In this document: piece after piece, positions 39,996 through 49,278 of the stretch
Layout: the number at the start of each line of letters is the position of its first letter
How positions within the stretch are numbered: position 1 is the first letter of the stretch
Source of the DNA: Gemmatimonadota bacterium
GTDB taxonomy: Bacteria; Gemmatimonadota; Gemmatimonadetes; Palauibacterales; Palauibacteraceae
Assembly (NCBI GenBank): GCA_965116475.1
Contig: OZ220691.1
Location: 1,376,001-1,440,000 of the forward strand
Reading direction: 5' to 3'
Length of the DNA: 64,000 nt
Position numbers and translations under genes: made by a program
Notes under the pieces: model-generated
Told to the model about the DNA's origin: nothing
Databases searched by the model: none
What the model saw: only the letters and a program-made list of their open reading frames with translations

Positions 39996-42836
39996 TTAGT
40001 GGTCGCCCGCGGGCTGCCAGGTCAGCCCGGCGGAGAACGCCCGCCCGGGCCGCCAACCACGGAGGAGGTCGCCGCCCTGCGTAAAGCGGTAGTCGGCGGC
40101 GAGCAGGTCGGTGGCGCTCAGCTTGGCCGACATCCGCGGCCCGATCGCCTGTTCGAAGACCAGGTCGAACTGGCTTCGGGCCTCCTCGAACACGCTGTCG
40201 AGGAACTGGCTACCCACCTGGCTGATGCGCCGGCCGAAGCGGTTGAAGAGGAGCGACACCGATGTCCGGCCCGAGGGGCTGGCCCAGTTCGCCCCCACGT
40301 TGACGACGTAGGGCGACTGGCCCTGGAGGCGCCGCTTCTGCCCCACGACGTCGATCTCGAGCGGTCCCGAGCCGGGGACGAAGATCTGGGCCACGCTTCC
40401 CGTCTCCACCTCGGAGTCGACGAGCGTGAGATTCAGGTTCAGAGCGAATTTTTCCAGCGACTCGGAGAGAAAACCGAGATCGGAACGCACCTCGAATTCG
40501 GTCCCGATGTTGTTCGCCGTCCCGGCGTTGAGCCAGCTCTTGATGAACTCGCTGCTCGGGAACACGACCTCCTCGATGGGATCCCTGAACTTCTTGTAGA
40601 AGCCGCTCACCGCGATGACCGCGCCGGGCCGGGGGAACCACTCCCAGCGCAGATCGAAGTTCATGATCCGCGAGCGCTGGAGCACCGGGTTCCCGACGAC
40701 GAGATATCCGCCGGCGAAGTCGGCGAACGAGAACGGCGCCAACTCGCGGAACTCGGGCCGCGCCAGCGTGCGTGAAGCGGCGGCCCGGAGGTTGACCCGG
40801 TCGCTCGCCGCCCAGGTGAGGGTGGCGCCGGGCACGATGTCGGTATCGTCGAGTTCGGCGCCCGCTAGCGGTTCGAGGCCCTTCGTGAAGACATCCACCG
40901 GCTCCACGACCTGCCGGCTGCGCTCGATGCGGGCCCCGCCGGCGAAGCGGACGCGCGGCAGCAGTTCGACGTCCGCCATCACGTAGGCGCCCGCCGTCAT
41001 CTGATCCGCCACGTAGTTGTCGGGGCGGAAGGTGGCTTCCTGGATCTCGAACTGCCGAGGGCCGAGGCCGATGTTCTCCGGCGAGAAGATTCCGTCGGGC
41101 GACGCGGCTTTGACGTCATCCGGGATCGACCGGTTGGGAATGAACCGGAAGCGTCGGCTGAGCACGTCGCGGTCGCGCGTGAGGGTCGCGGCGCCGACCT
41201 CGATCGTCCCCGCCCGCCCGTTCACGCGGACCGGGAACTGCACATCGACGTTGAGGTTGATCGCGTCTTCCGTCAGGTCCTGATGGAAGATGCTGCCGCT
41301 CTGGATGAAGTTGTCCCACAGGAAGACGCCGCCCGACTCGCGGTACAGGACCTCCCGGGTGTTCGGTTCGTAGCGGCTTGCGCGCGAGTACGCGGCCTTC
41401 CACTCCGCCGTCGTGCCGCCGAAGGCGTTGAAGTAGTGCTTCCCGCTCAGCCGACCCTGGACGAGGGAATTCTCGACGTACTGGATCCGCGTGTTCCGCT
41501 GGTCCGTGTTGGAGTCGAGGTTGAACCCCTGCAGGACGCGCGCCTGGTCCTCCGTCACGCGATTCAGGAGTCCGCTGAAGGAAATGCGGTGGCTCGGCGC
41601 GAGCGGGTAGTCGGCGTTAAGGAGGCCGCCGAGCGTGACCGTACGCGTGGACTGGTCGCCCGCGTAGTCCACTTCCGGGTCCGCGAGACCGGAGGATGCG
41701 AACACGCGCTCCACGTAGCCGTCGCGCCGGTTCCACGAGTCGTCCCAGTGCGCCGTCGCGAGGATGCCCAGGTTCTTCGAGGCGAGCGGAACCTCGGTCG
41801 CGAAGGCGAGTTCGCCGCTCTGTCCGAAGGGGAGATCGCGCGGCGTGCCGGCCCAGCCCGGAGAAAACGCTTCTCCGATCTCCTCCAGCTCGGTGCGTGT
41901 GAAGTTCGCGCGGTTGACCGCCCGGTCCGTCGGCACGACGTCGGGCAGCCCGCGGCGTCCGTCATCGATGCCGAGGAAGTCGAGCCCGGCGCCGGCGTAG
42001 TCGAGTCCCCCCTTGCCCGTCGTCGCCGACTCCGCTCCGCCGCCGATCCCGACCTTGAAGAAGTTTTCTCCCGGGATCCTGCGCGTCTCGATCTGGACCA
42101 GCCCGCCGGCATAGTCGGCCGGCTGCCGCGGCAGATAGCTCTTCGAGGTCGAGACGTTCTCGATGAAGCTGGCCGGGACGAGGTCGAGCGGGACCGCCTT
42201 GCGGTCCGCGATCGGCGACGGCATGACCGCGCCGTCGAGCGTCGTGTTGCCGTAGCGTTCGCCGAGGCCTCGCACGAAGACGAACTTCTTGTTCACGATG
42301 GAGACGCCGGGGACGCGCGCCATCGCCGCGGCCGCGTCGGAGTCGGGCGAGTCGGAGATCTGCTCGCGACCGATCGCGTCCGTGACCGCGGCGGCGGTCT
42401 GGCGGTTCTCGAGGATCGCGGCGGCCGTGCCGCGCTGGTCCGCAACGGTGACCGATAGCTCGCTCAACTCGATCGCCCGGGCCGGCAGCGAGATGTCGAT
42501 GGTCGCGCTCGCTCCGGAGACGATGAGCACGCCGGTGACCGTCTTGCCCGCGTAGCCGATGAGGCGGGCGACGACGTCGTATGTCCCGGCCGGTATGTCT
42601 CCAAGCGTCCAGCGGCCATCGACATCGCTCAAGGTTCCCATGTTCAGCGACGGGATGGAGATCTGCGCCAGACTCAGAGGCCTCGCCGTATCCTCATCCA
42701 CGATTCGACCGGAGAGTCTGCCGGACGACACCTCCTGGGCTGCGGACGCGCCCGCGTGGCCGAGCAGGAGAAGGACGGAAAGGACGCCGATACGGGCCCG
42801 CTGCCGGGGTCTGCGCTGTCGTCTTGTGAATTTCAT
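39996..42836 (-). CDS. TonB-dependent receptor
   Basis: Signal peptide, N-terminal carboxypeptidase-like domain, plug (RVPGVS..VRGLGERY..LD.VP), ARPEFREL, GNP.L, LQGQSPY. Confidence 0.93.
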   Translation of the reverse strand: MKFTRRQRRPRQRARIGVLSVLLLLGHAGASAAQEVSSGRLSGRIVDEDTARPLSLAQISIPSLNMGTLSDVDGRWTLGDIPAGTYDVVARLIGYAGKTVTGVLIVSGASATIDISLPARAIELSELSVTVADQRGTAAAILENRQTAAAVTDAIGREQISDSPDSDAAAAMARVPGVSIVNKKFVFVRGLGERYGNTTLDGAVMPSPIADRKAVPLDLVPASFIENVSTSKSYLPRQPADYAGGLVQIETRRIPGENFFKVGIGGGAESATTGKGGLDYAGAGLDFLGIDDGRRGLPDVVPTDRAVNRANFTRTELEEIGEAFSPGWAGTPRDLPFGQSGELAFATEVPLASKNLGILATAHWDDSWNRRDGYVERVFASSGLADPEVDYAGDQSTRTVTLGGLLNADYPLAPSHRISFSGLLNRVTEDQARVLQGFNLDSNTDQRNTRIQYVENSLVQGRLSGKHYFNAFGGTTAEWKAAYSRASRYEPNTREVLYRESGGVFLWDNFIQSGSIFHQDLTEDAINLNVDVQFPVRVNGRAGTIEVGAATLTRDRDVLSRRFRFIPNRSIPDDVKAASPDGIFSPENIGLGPRQFEIQEATFRPDNYVADQMTAGAYVMADVELLPRVRFAGGARIERSRQVVEPVDVFTKGLEPLAGAELDDTDIVPGATLTWAASDRVNLRAAASRTLARPEFRELAPFSFADFAGGYLVVGNPVLQRSRIMNFDLRWEWFPRPGAVIAVSGFYKKFRDPIEEVVFPSSEFIKSWLNAGTANNIGTEFEVRSDLGFLSESLEKFALNLNLTLVDSEVETGSVAQIFVPGSGPLEIDVVGQKRRLQGQSPYVVNVGANWASPSGRTSVSLLFNRFGRRISQVGSQFLDSVFEEARSQFDLVFEQAIGPRMSAKLSATDLLAADYRFTQGGDLLRGWRPGRAFSAGLTWQPAGDH

Positions 42837-42926
42837 TGGCTTCGGGATTCTCCGGGATCTTGCTGCGTGGGACTGCTACCGGAGCGGAGGATAGGCGGGT
42901 TCGGTAACGTCTCCAGACAAGGAAAC

Positions 42927-43008
42927 GTCACATGTTCGTCACGGGGTGAGATACGCTGCGGCGGCGCCGAGGGTCGTTCACGAGATGGTTACGGAGGTGT
43001 TACGATAC
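42927..43008 (+). promoter_or_regulatory. Pho-box-like 11-bp direct repeats in the divergent TBDR/phoB promoter region
   Basis: GTCAC at 42927 and 42938; TTCAC/GTTAC/GTTAC at 42977, 42988 and 42999 (exact 11-nt period). Confidence 0.7.
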
Positions 43009-43060
43009 CGCCGGCAGACGTGGCTCAGGATTCCTGGGACCCCTTGACGCGGAACGTGAG

Positions 43061-43756
43061 ATGCCGGACGCACAGATCCTGGTCGTGGATGACGAACCGG
43101 ACATCCTGAGCGTGCTCGTCTATCACCTGAGCCGGGAAGGATACCGGGTCACCACGGCCGTGAACGGACAGGGCGCGCTGACCACCGCGCAGGCCGAGCA
43201 GCCGGACCTCATCATCCTCGATCTCATGTTGCCGGGCATCGACGGATACGAGGTGCTGCAGCGCCTCCGGCGCGGCGAGCGTACAAGCTCGACGCCCGTC
43301 ATTCTGCTCACGGCACGGCGGGAGGAAGACGAGCGGGTCAAGGGCTTCGAGGTGGGTGCGGACGACTACATCACGAAGCCCTTCAGCGCGCGCGAACTCA
43401 CGCTCCGCGTCGAGGCGCTCCTGCGCCGGTCGAAGGCGGAGCCCGTGTCCGCGTCGAGGAGAATCTCGGTCGGGCCGGTCGAACTCGACCGGGAGGCGCA
43501 CCGGGTCTTCTCGGACGGGGTCGAGGTCGACCTGACGCGACTCGAGTACCGTCTGCTCGAAGTACTGCTGGAGAGACGGGGACGCGTCCAGACGCGCCGC
43601 CAACTGCTTCAGGCCGTCTGGGACACGAATGCCGCGATCGAAACGCGCACGGTGGACATGCACGTCGCCCGGCTGCGCACCAAGCTCGGGGGCGCGGCGT
43701 CCCTGATCGAAACAGTTCGGGGGATCGGCTACCGATTCCGCGCGCTGGACAAGTAG
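43061..43756 (+). CDS. phoB: phosphate regulon response regulator (OmpR/PhoB)
   Basis: VVDDE, LDLMLP, GADDY.TKPF, winged helix RTVD.H..RLR.KL, TVRG.GY; upstream of pst genes. Confidence 0.9.
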   Translation: MPDAQILVVDDEPDILSVLVYHLSREGYRVTTAVNGQGALTTAQAEQPDLIILDLMLPGIDGYEVLQRLRRGERTSSTPVILLTARREEDERVKGFEVGADDYITKPFSARELTLRVEALLRRSKAEPVSASRRISVGPVELDREAHRVFSDGVEVDLTRLEYRLLEVLLERRGRVQTRRQLLQAVWDTNAAIETRTVDMHVARLRTKLGGAASLIETVRGIGYRFRALDK

Positions 43757-43778
43757 TACGCGCGGCGGAGCCCGTTCG

Positions 43779-45137
43779 GTGAGGCTGGGAAACCGCTTCT
43801 TCTTCGCGGCGGCCGCCGTGCTCGCGGTGACGTACTTCGCCGCCTGGTTCATTCTCCGGCTGGACGCGACGGGCGTGGCGGTCGCATCCGCCGTCCTGGG
43901 GAGCGTCCTGCTCCTGCTGTGGCCGGCCGCCCGCTTTGTGGCCCGAAGCATCGAGATCGAACTCGGACAGACGCGGGAAGCCGTCGATCGCATCGCCTCC
44001 GGGGACCTCCGCCCCTCGACCGGTCCGGTCGGCCCCGGCCCGGTCGGTTCCCTGGGTCGAGCGATCGACCGCATGGCCGGCCGGATACGCGATCGCCTGC
44101 AGGTGTCCGAACGCGAGTCCGGCGACCTGAGGGTGCTGTTCGACGGGTTGGAGGATGGACTCGCGTTCATCGACCGGGAAGGGCGCGTGAGCCTCTGCAA
44201 CCTGGCTTTCGAACGCTGGGCGGGACGTGAAGTGGCGCCCGGGACGCGCATCGGCACACTGTTCCGTTCTCCCGGGATCGCCGAAGCGGTGAGCGCGTCG
44301 CGTCGCGGCGAATCCACGACGGCGGAGGTCGAACTCGGTGAGCACACGGTGTTGATGTCGGCCCGCCCCCACCGGTCGGGCGCGATCATCGTGCTCCGCG
44401 ATCTCACGGTCATGCGGCGCCTTGAAGGGGTCCGCCGCGATTTCGTGGCGAACGTGTCGCATGAACTCAAGACGCCGCTGACGAGTGTGGTCGGCTTCGC
44501 CGAAGCGCTGGTGGAGGGGGGCCTCGAAGCCGACCAGGCGCGTGATTTTGCGCGGCGCATCTTCGCCAACGCGACGCGCATGCGGTACCTGGTCGAGGAT
44601 CTCCTGGATCTGTCCCTGCTGGAATCCGGCAGCTGGAGCCCCGAGCCGGAGGCCGTCTCGGTCGGAGCTATCGCGAGGGAAGTGTGGGATGCGCTGTCGC
44701 CGAAGGTGCGCGCCGCCGACCTCGACCTGCGCGTGTCCGGAACGGAAGAGCCCGCGTGGGCTGATCCCGATGCGGTCCGTCAGGTCATGCGCAACCTGCT
44801 CGACAACGCGGCGCGCTACAGCGACGAAGACCCGGCGATCGCGGTCCGTATTCGATCGGTCGGCCGCCTGCAGCGCGTGGAAGTCTCCGACCGCGGCCCC
44901 GGGATCGCATCCGTTCACGTCGAACGCGTATTCGAACGCTTCTACAGGGTGGATCCGGCGCGTTCGCGGGCGCGGGGCGGTACCGGGCTCGGACTCGCGA
45001 TCGTGAAACACTTCGTGGAGGCGCACGGGGGCGAGGTCGGCATCGAGAGCGCCCTCGGCCGTGGAACGACGGTGTGGTTCACGCTCCCGAACGCCACCCG
45101 GCTCTCGAAGCGGAAGAGCTTCAATGTCCCGGCGTGA
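43779..45137 (+). CDS. phoR: phosphate regulon sensor histidine kinase
   Basis: TM-HAMP-PAS, RRDFVANVSHELKTPLT, NLLDNA, D.GPG, FERFYRVD..RSR..GGTGLGL. Confidence 0.92.
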   Translation: MRLGNRFFFAAAAVLAVTYFAAWFILRLDATGVAVASAVLGSVLLLLWPAARFVARSIEIELGQTREAVDRIASGDLRPSTGPVGPGPVGSLGRAIDRMAGRIRDRLQVSERESGDLRVLFDGLEDGLAFIDREGRVSLCNLAFERWAGREVAPGTRIGTLFRSPGIAEAVSASRRGESTTAEVELGEHTVLMSARPHRSGAIIVLRDLTVMRRLEGVRRDFVANVSHELKTPLTSVVGFAEALVEGGLEADQARDFARRIFANATRMRYLVEDLLDLSLLESGSWSPEPEAVSVGAIAREVWDALSPKVRAADLDLRVSGTEEPAWADPDAVRQVMRNLLDNAARYSDEDPAIAVRIRSVGRLQRVEVSDRGPGIASVHVERVFERFYRVDPARSRARGGTGLGLAIVKHFVEAHGGEVGIESALGRGTTVWFTLPNATRLSKRKSFNVPA

Positions 45138-46053
45138 CCGGCCGCTTCGCCCCGGGACGGCATGGGCCGCGCTGGCGGCCATTTCGTTTGCGGGTTGCGG
45201 CGCCGACGCGGACCGAAGCCTGTCGGGTCTGATCGAGATCGATGGCTCGAGCACGGTCTTTCCGATCAGCCAGGCGATGGCGGAGGAGTTTCAGATCGCC
45301 TACCGGCGCGCGGTGCGCGTATCGGTGGGGGTCTCCGGCACCGGCGGCGGATTCGAGAGGCTCTGCAACGGCGAAACGGAGATCGCCAACGCCTCGCGGC
45401 GCATCAACGATGCGGAGGCCGCGTCCTGCGCGGCACACGGCATCGACGCGCTCGAACTGCAGGTCGCATGGGATGGGCTCACGGTCGTGGTGCACCCCTC
45501 CAACGACTGGGTCGACTGCGTCAGCGTGACCGAACTCCGGCGTGTATGGGCTCCGGGGTCCGATATCGCGAGTTGGCGCCAGGTCCGCCCGGCCTGGCCG
45601 AATGAAGACCTCAGACTGTACGGACCCGATACCGACTCGGGCACGTTCGACTACTTCACGTCGGCCGTGGTGGGCGAAGAGGGGGCCAGCCGGCACGACT
45701 ACGCGGCGAGCACCGACGATAACGTGCTGGTGGCGGGAGTGAGCGGCGATCCGGGTGCGCTGGGCTATTTCGGCTACGCCTACTTCGAGGACAACCGGGG
45801 ACACCTCCGCGCCCTGGAAGTCGACGCGGGCGGAGGTTGCGTCGCGCCGACCCGCGAAACGATCCTCGATGGTACGTACACGCCGCTGGCTCGTCCGATG
45901 TACATCTACATTCGCCGCGATGCGCTCGTACGGCCCGAAGTGACCGCCTTCGTCGCCTTCTACATCGACAACGCGGCCACCCTGATCCCTGAAGCGGGGT
46001 ACATACCGCTCGAACCGGAGGCGTATGCCGCACTTCGAGCCCGCATGGACTAG
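45124..46053 (+). CDS. pstS: phosphate ABC transporter substrate-binding lipoprotein
   Basis: Lipobox FAGC, IDGSSTV.P, SGTGGG, ASR, SGTFDYF, RP.YIY. Confidence 0.93.
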   Translation: MSRRDRPLRPGTAWAALAAISFAGCGADADRSLSGLIEIDGSSTVFPISQAMAEEFQIAYRRAVRVSVGVSGTGGGFERLCNGETEIANASRRINDAEAASCAAHGIDALELQVAWDGLTVVVHPSNDWVDCVSVTELRRVWAPGSDIASWRQVRPAWPNEDLRLYGPDTDSGTFDYFTSAVVGEEGASRHDYAASTDDNVLVAGVSGDPGALGYFGYAYFEDNRGHLRALEVDAGGGCVAPTRETILDGTYTPLARPMYIYIRRDALVRPEVTAFVAFYIDNAATLIPEAGYIPLEPEAYAALRARMD

Positions 46054-46062
46054 GAGGCTCGG

Positions 46063-46950
46063 ATGAGCCTTCGGTCGAGCGTCGTCGAGCGCGTGATGGG
46101 AGCGCTCTTCTTTTGCTGCGGGGCGCTCTCCGTCCTCACGACCGTCGGCATCGTCGTCGTACTCGCCACGCAGTCGCTGGGGTTCTTCGCGGACGTATCG
46201 CCGCTCGAGTTTCTCGCCGGCGCGCGCTGGTCTCCGGATCTGGCGCCGCGGTCTTTCGGCATCCTCCCGCTCCTGAACGGGACCCTCCTCGTCGCCGCCG
46301 GGGCGTTGCTCGTTGCGCTTCCGGCCGGCCTGGCGACGGCGGTCTATCTCAGCGAGTACGCGTCGAGGCGGACGAAGCGGATCGTCAAACCCGCGCTCGA
46401 GGTCCTGGCGGGGATCCCGACCGTGGTCTACGGCTATTTCGCCGTCGCCTTCGTGACTCCGATCCTCCGCACGGTCTTCCCTGCCGCCGGAGTCTTCAAT
46501 GCCGCAAGCGCGGCCATCGTCGTGGGCATCATGATCCTTCCGCTGGTGTCGTCCCTGTCCGAGGATGCTCTGAGCGCGGTCCCCCGCTCCCTGCGCGAGG
46601 CCGCGTACAGTCTCGGAGCCACGCGGTTCGAGGTCTCGACCCGGATCGTGGTGCCGGCGGGCCTGCCGGGAATCGCCGCCAGTTTCATCCTGGCGATCTC
46701 GCGCGCCATCGCGGAGACGATGGTCGTGACGCTGGCCGCGGGCGCCACGCCGAGGATGACGCTCGACCTCCTCCAGAGCGTTCAGACGATGACGGCGTAC
46801 ATCGTGCAGGCGAGTCTGGGCGATGCCCCGTCGGGGACGGTCGAGTACCGCGCCCTGTTCGCGGTCGGCCTGTTCCTCTTCCTCATCACGCTGGCCCTGA
46901 ATCTCCTGAGTCAGCGCATCATCGGCCGTTTCCGGGAGATCCACCCGTGA
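46063..46950 (+). CDS. pstC: phosphate ABC transporter permease
   Basis: [29 protein letters not shown]. Confidence 0.93.
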   Translation: MSLRSSVVERVMGALFFCCGALSVLTTVGIVVVLATQSLGFFADVSPLEFLAGARWSPDLAPRSFGILPLLNGTLLVAAGALLVALPAGLATAVYLSEYASRRTKRIVKPALEVLAGIPTVVYGYFAVAFVTPILRTVFPAAGVFNAASAAIVVGIMILPLVSSLSEDALSAVPRSLREAAYSLGATRFEVSTRIVVPAGLPGIAASFILAISRAIAETMVVTLAAGATPRMTLDLLQSVQTMTAYIVQASLGDAPSGTVEYRALFAVGLFLFLITLALNLLSQRIIGRFREIHP

Positions 46951-47831
46951 ACCCCGGCACCGGTCCGCTTCGTGGCGGCCGCTTCGAACCGCGGGTCGCG
47001 GCCCGCCGTCGCGCGGGCGTCCGGTTCAAGTGGCTTTGCCGGTTCGCGGTCGCATTCGCGGTCGCGTCGCTCCTTGTCCTGCTCGTCCATATCCTGGCGA
47101 CCGGCCTGCCGGCGCTATCGCCCGACTTCCTGGTGACGTTCCCGTCGCGCTTCCCCGACCGAGCCGGGATCCGCTCCGCAATCCTCGGCAGCGTGTGGAT
47201 GCTGACGCTGGTGGCGGCGATGTCCTTCCCGCTGGGAGTGGGCGCCGCGGTGTACCTCGAGGAATACGCACCGAGGAACCGCCTCACGAACCTGCTGCAG
47301 ACGAACATCGCGAACCTGGCCGGAGTGCCGTCCATCGTGTACGGCCTTCTGGGTCTCGCCGTGTTCGTCCGGTTCCTGTCGCTGGAACGGAGCCTGCTCG
47401 CGGGTGCGGCGACGCTGTCGCTCCTCGTCCTCCCGCTCATGATCATCGCGGCGCGCGAGGCGATCCGCGCGGTCCCCGACTCTCTGCGGGAAGCCGCGTA
47501 CGCGCTCGGCGCCACGCGCTGGCAGGCCATCCGGCATCATGTGCTTCCGGCGGCCCTGCCCCGGATCCTCTCGGGGACGATTCTCGCGCTCTCGCGCGCG
47601 GGAGGGGAGACGGCCCCGCTGCTGATCATCGGGGCGCTGACGTTCATCGCCTTCGATCCGGTCTCGGTCATGGACCCCTTCACGGTCCTGCCGATCCAGA
47701 TCTTCAACTGGACGGCCGACCCGCGGGAGGAGTTCCATGCGCTGGCGGCGGGAGCGATAGTGGTACTGCTGGGCGTGCTTCTGCTGATGAATGCCGCCGC
47801 GATTCTGCTTCGTAACCGATACGAGAGGTGA
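46947..47831 (+). CDS. pstA: phosphate ABC transporter permease
   Basis: [34 protein letters not shown]. Confidence 0.93.
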   Translation: MNPGTGPLRGGRFEPRVAARRRAGVRFKWLCRFAVAFAVASLLVLLVHILATGLPALSPDFLVTFPSRFPDRAGIRSAILGSVWMLTLVAAMSFPLGVGAAVYLEEYAPRNRLTNLLQTNIANLAGVPSIVYGLLGLAVFVRFLSLERSLLAGAATLSLLVLPLMIIAAREAIRAVPDSLREAAYALGATRWQAIRHHVLPAALPRILSGTILALSRAGGETAPLLIIGALTFIAFDPVSVMDPFTVLPIQIFNWTADPREEFHALAAGAIVVLLGVLLLMNAAAILLRNRYER

Positions 47832-48589
47832 CGGTGTCGTCGAATACGGTCCTCGAGACCGTCGGACTCGGTGTTCGCTACGGTGAGACGCGCGTGATCG
47901 ACGACGTCTCGCTCCGGATCCCGGAAAAGCGGGTGGTGGCCTTCATCGGACCGTCCGGTTGCGGCAAGAGCACGCTCCTGCGCTGCTTCAATCGGTTGAA
48001 CGACTTCGTGCCGGCCGCCCGCATCAGCGGACAGGTGCTGTTCCGGGGGCGGGACCTGTACGGGCCCGAGGTCGACCCGGCCGCTGTGCGGCGCTCGATC
48101 GGGATGGTGTTCCAGAAGCCGAACCCCTTTCCGAAGTCGATCTTCGAGAACATCGCCTTTGGCCTGCGGATCAACGGCTTCCAGGACGATATCGGCGATC
48201 GCGTGGAAGCGTCGCTGCGCGCGGCCTCGCTGTGGGACGAGGTAAGCCACCGACTCGATGCGGACGCCCTCGGGCTTTCGGCCGGCCAGCAGCAGCGGCT
48301 CTGCATCGCGAGGGCGCTGGCGGTCGAACCGGAAGTCCTCCTCATGGACGAACCCGCGAGCGCGCTCGACCCGATCGCGACCGGCCGCATCGAGGACCTC
48401 ATCGGAGACCTGCACGGAGACTACACGATCGTGGTCGTGACGCATAACATGCAGCAGGCCGCGCGCGTCAGCGACGACACGGCCTTTCTCTACATGGGCG
48501 AGCTGGTCGAGTACAAGGAGACGCAGCGCTTGTTCACCAACCCCGAGGACGAGCGGACCGAGGCCTACATCACGGGCCGGCTGGGCTAG
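47828..48589 (+). CDS. pstB: phosphate ABC transporter ATPase
   Basis: [43 protein letters not shown]. Confidence 0.95.
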   Translation: MTVSSNTVLETVGLGVRYGETRVIDDVSLRIPEKRVVAFIGPSGCGKSTLLRCFNRLNDFVPAARISGQVLFRGRDLYGPEVDPAAVRRSIGMVFQKPNPFPKSIFENIAFGLRINGFQDDIGDRVEASLRAASLWDEVSHRLDADALGLSAGQQQRLCIARALAVEPEVLLMDEPASALDPIATGRIEDLIGDLHGDYTIVVVTHNMQQAARVSDDTAFLYMGELVEYKETQRLFTNPEDERTEAYITGRLG

Positions 48590-48609
48590 CGGAAGCGAGG
48601 TCGAGGCAG

Positions 48610-49278
48610 ATGGCCCTCAGGCAGTTCGACGACCGGCTGGACGACGTCACGCGGACGCTGCACCGGATGGCGCACGACATCGAGGATCTGGTGCGGCGCG
48701 CAATGGCCCTCGTGGGACAGCCCGCGGTGGATGCGGAGCCGATCCGGGAAGCGGACGACGCCATCGACCGGGCCGAAGTGGAGGTCGAGGAGTCCACGGT
48801 GGAGATTCTCGCGCTCCACCATCCGGTGGCGAGCGACCTGCGCGTGCTCGTCACGGTCCTCAAGATCAACAACGACCTCGAGCGGGTCGGCGACCACGCG
48901 GTCAACATCGCCGAAGCGGCCGAACGGCTGACGAAGGCCGAGAAGAAGGTCCCGGTCCCGCCCGAGCTGGACGAGATGAGCCGCATGGCCCGGGCGATGC
49001 TGCGGGATGCGCTCGACGCGTTCGTCCACCGGAACGCGGACGACGCACGCTCGGTGATCGCGCGGGACGACCGGCTGGACCAGCTTCAGGATTCACTGAG
49101 CCGGGTGATGATCACCCATATGCCGGACTACAACCTGTCGGCGTGCCTGCAGGTCATCCTCATCGGCCGCAATCTCGAACGGATCGGCGACCTCGCGACG
49201 AACATCGGGGAGGATGTCGTCTACATGGTCCAGGGAATCACGATCCGGCACCAGGAGGGCCCCCCGGACACGGCTTAG
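48610..49278 (+). CDS. phoU: phosphate signalling protein PhoU
   Basis: P.ASDLR, DLERVGDHA.NIA, LERIGD.ATNI.E. Confidence 0.94.
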   Translation: MALRQFDDRLDDVTRTLHRMAHDIEDLVRRAMALVGQPAVDAEPIREADDAIDRAEVEVEESTVEILALHHPVASDLRVLVTVLKINNDLERVGDHAVNIAEAAERLTKAEKKVPVPPELDEMSRMARAMLRDALDAFVHRNADDARSVIARDDRLDQLQDSLSRVMITHMPDYNLSACLQVILIGRNLERIGDLATNIGEDVVYMVQGITIRHQEGPPDTA

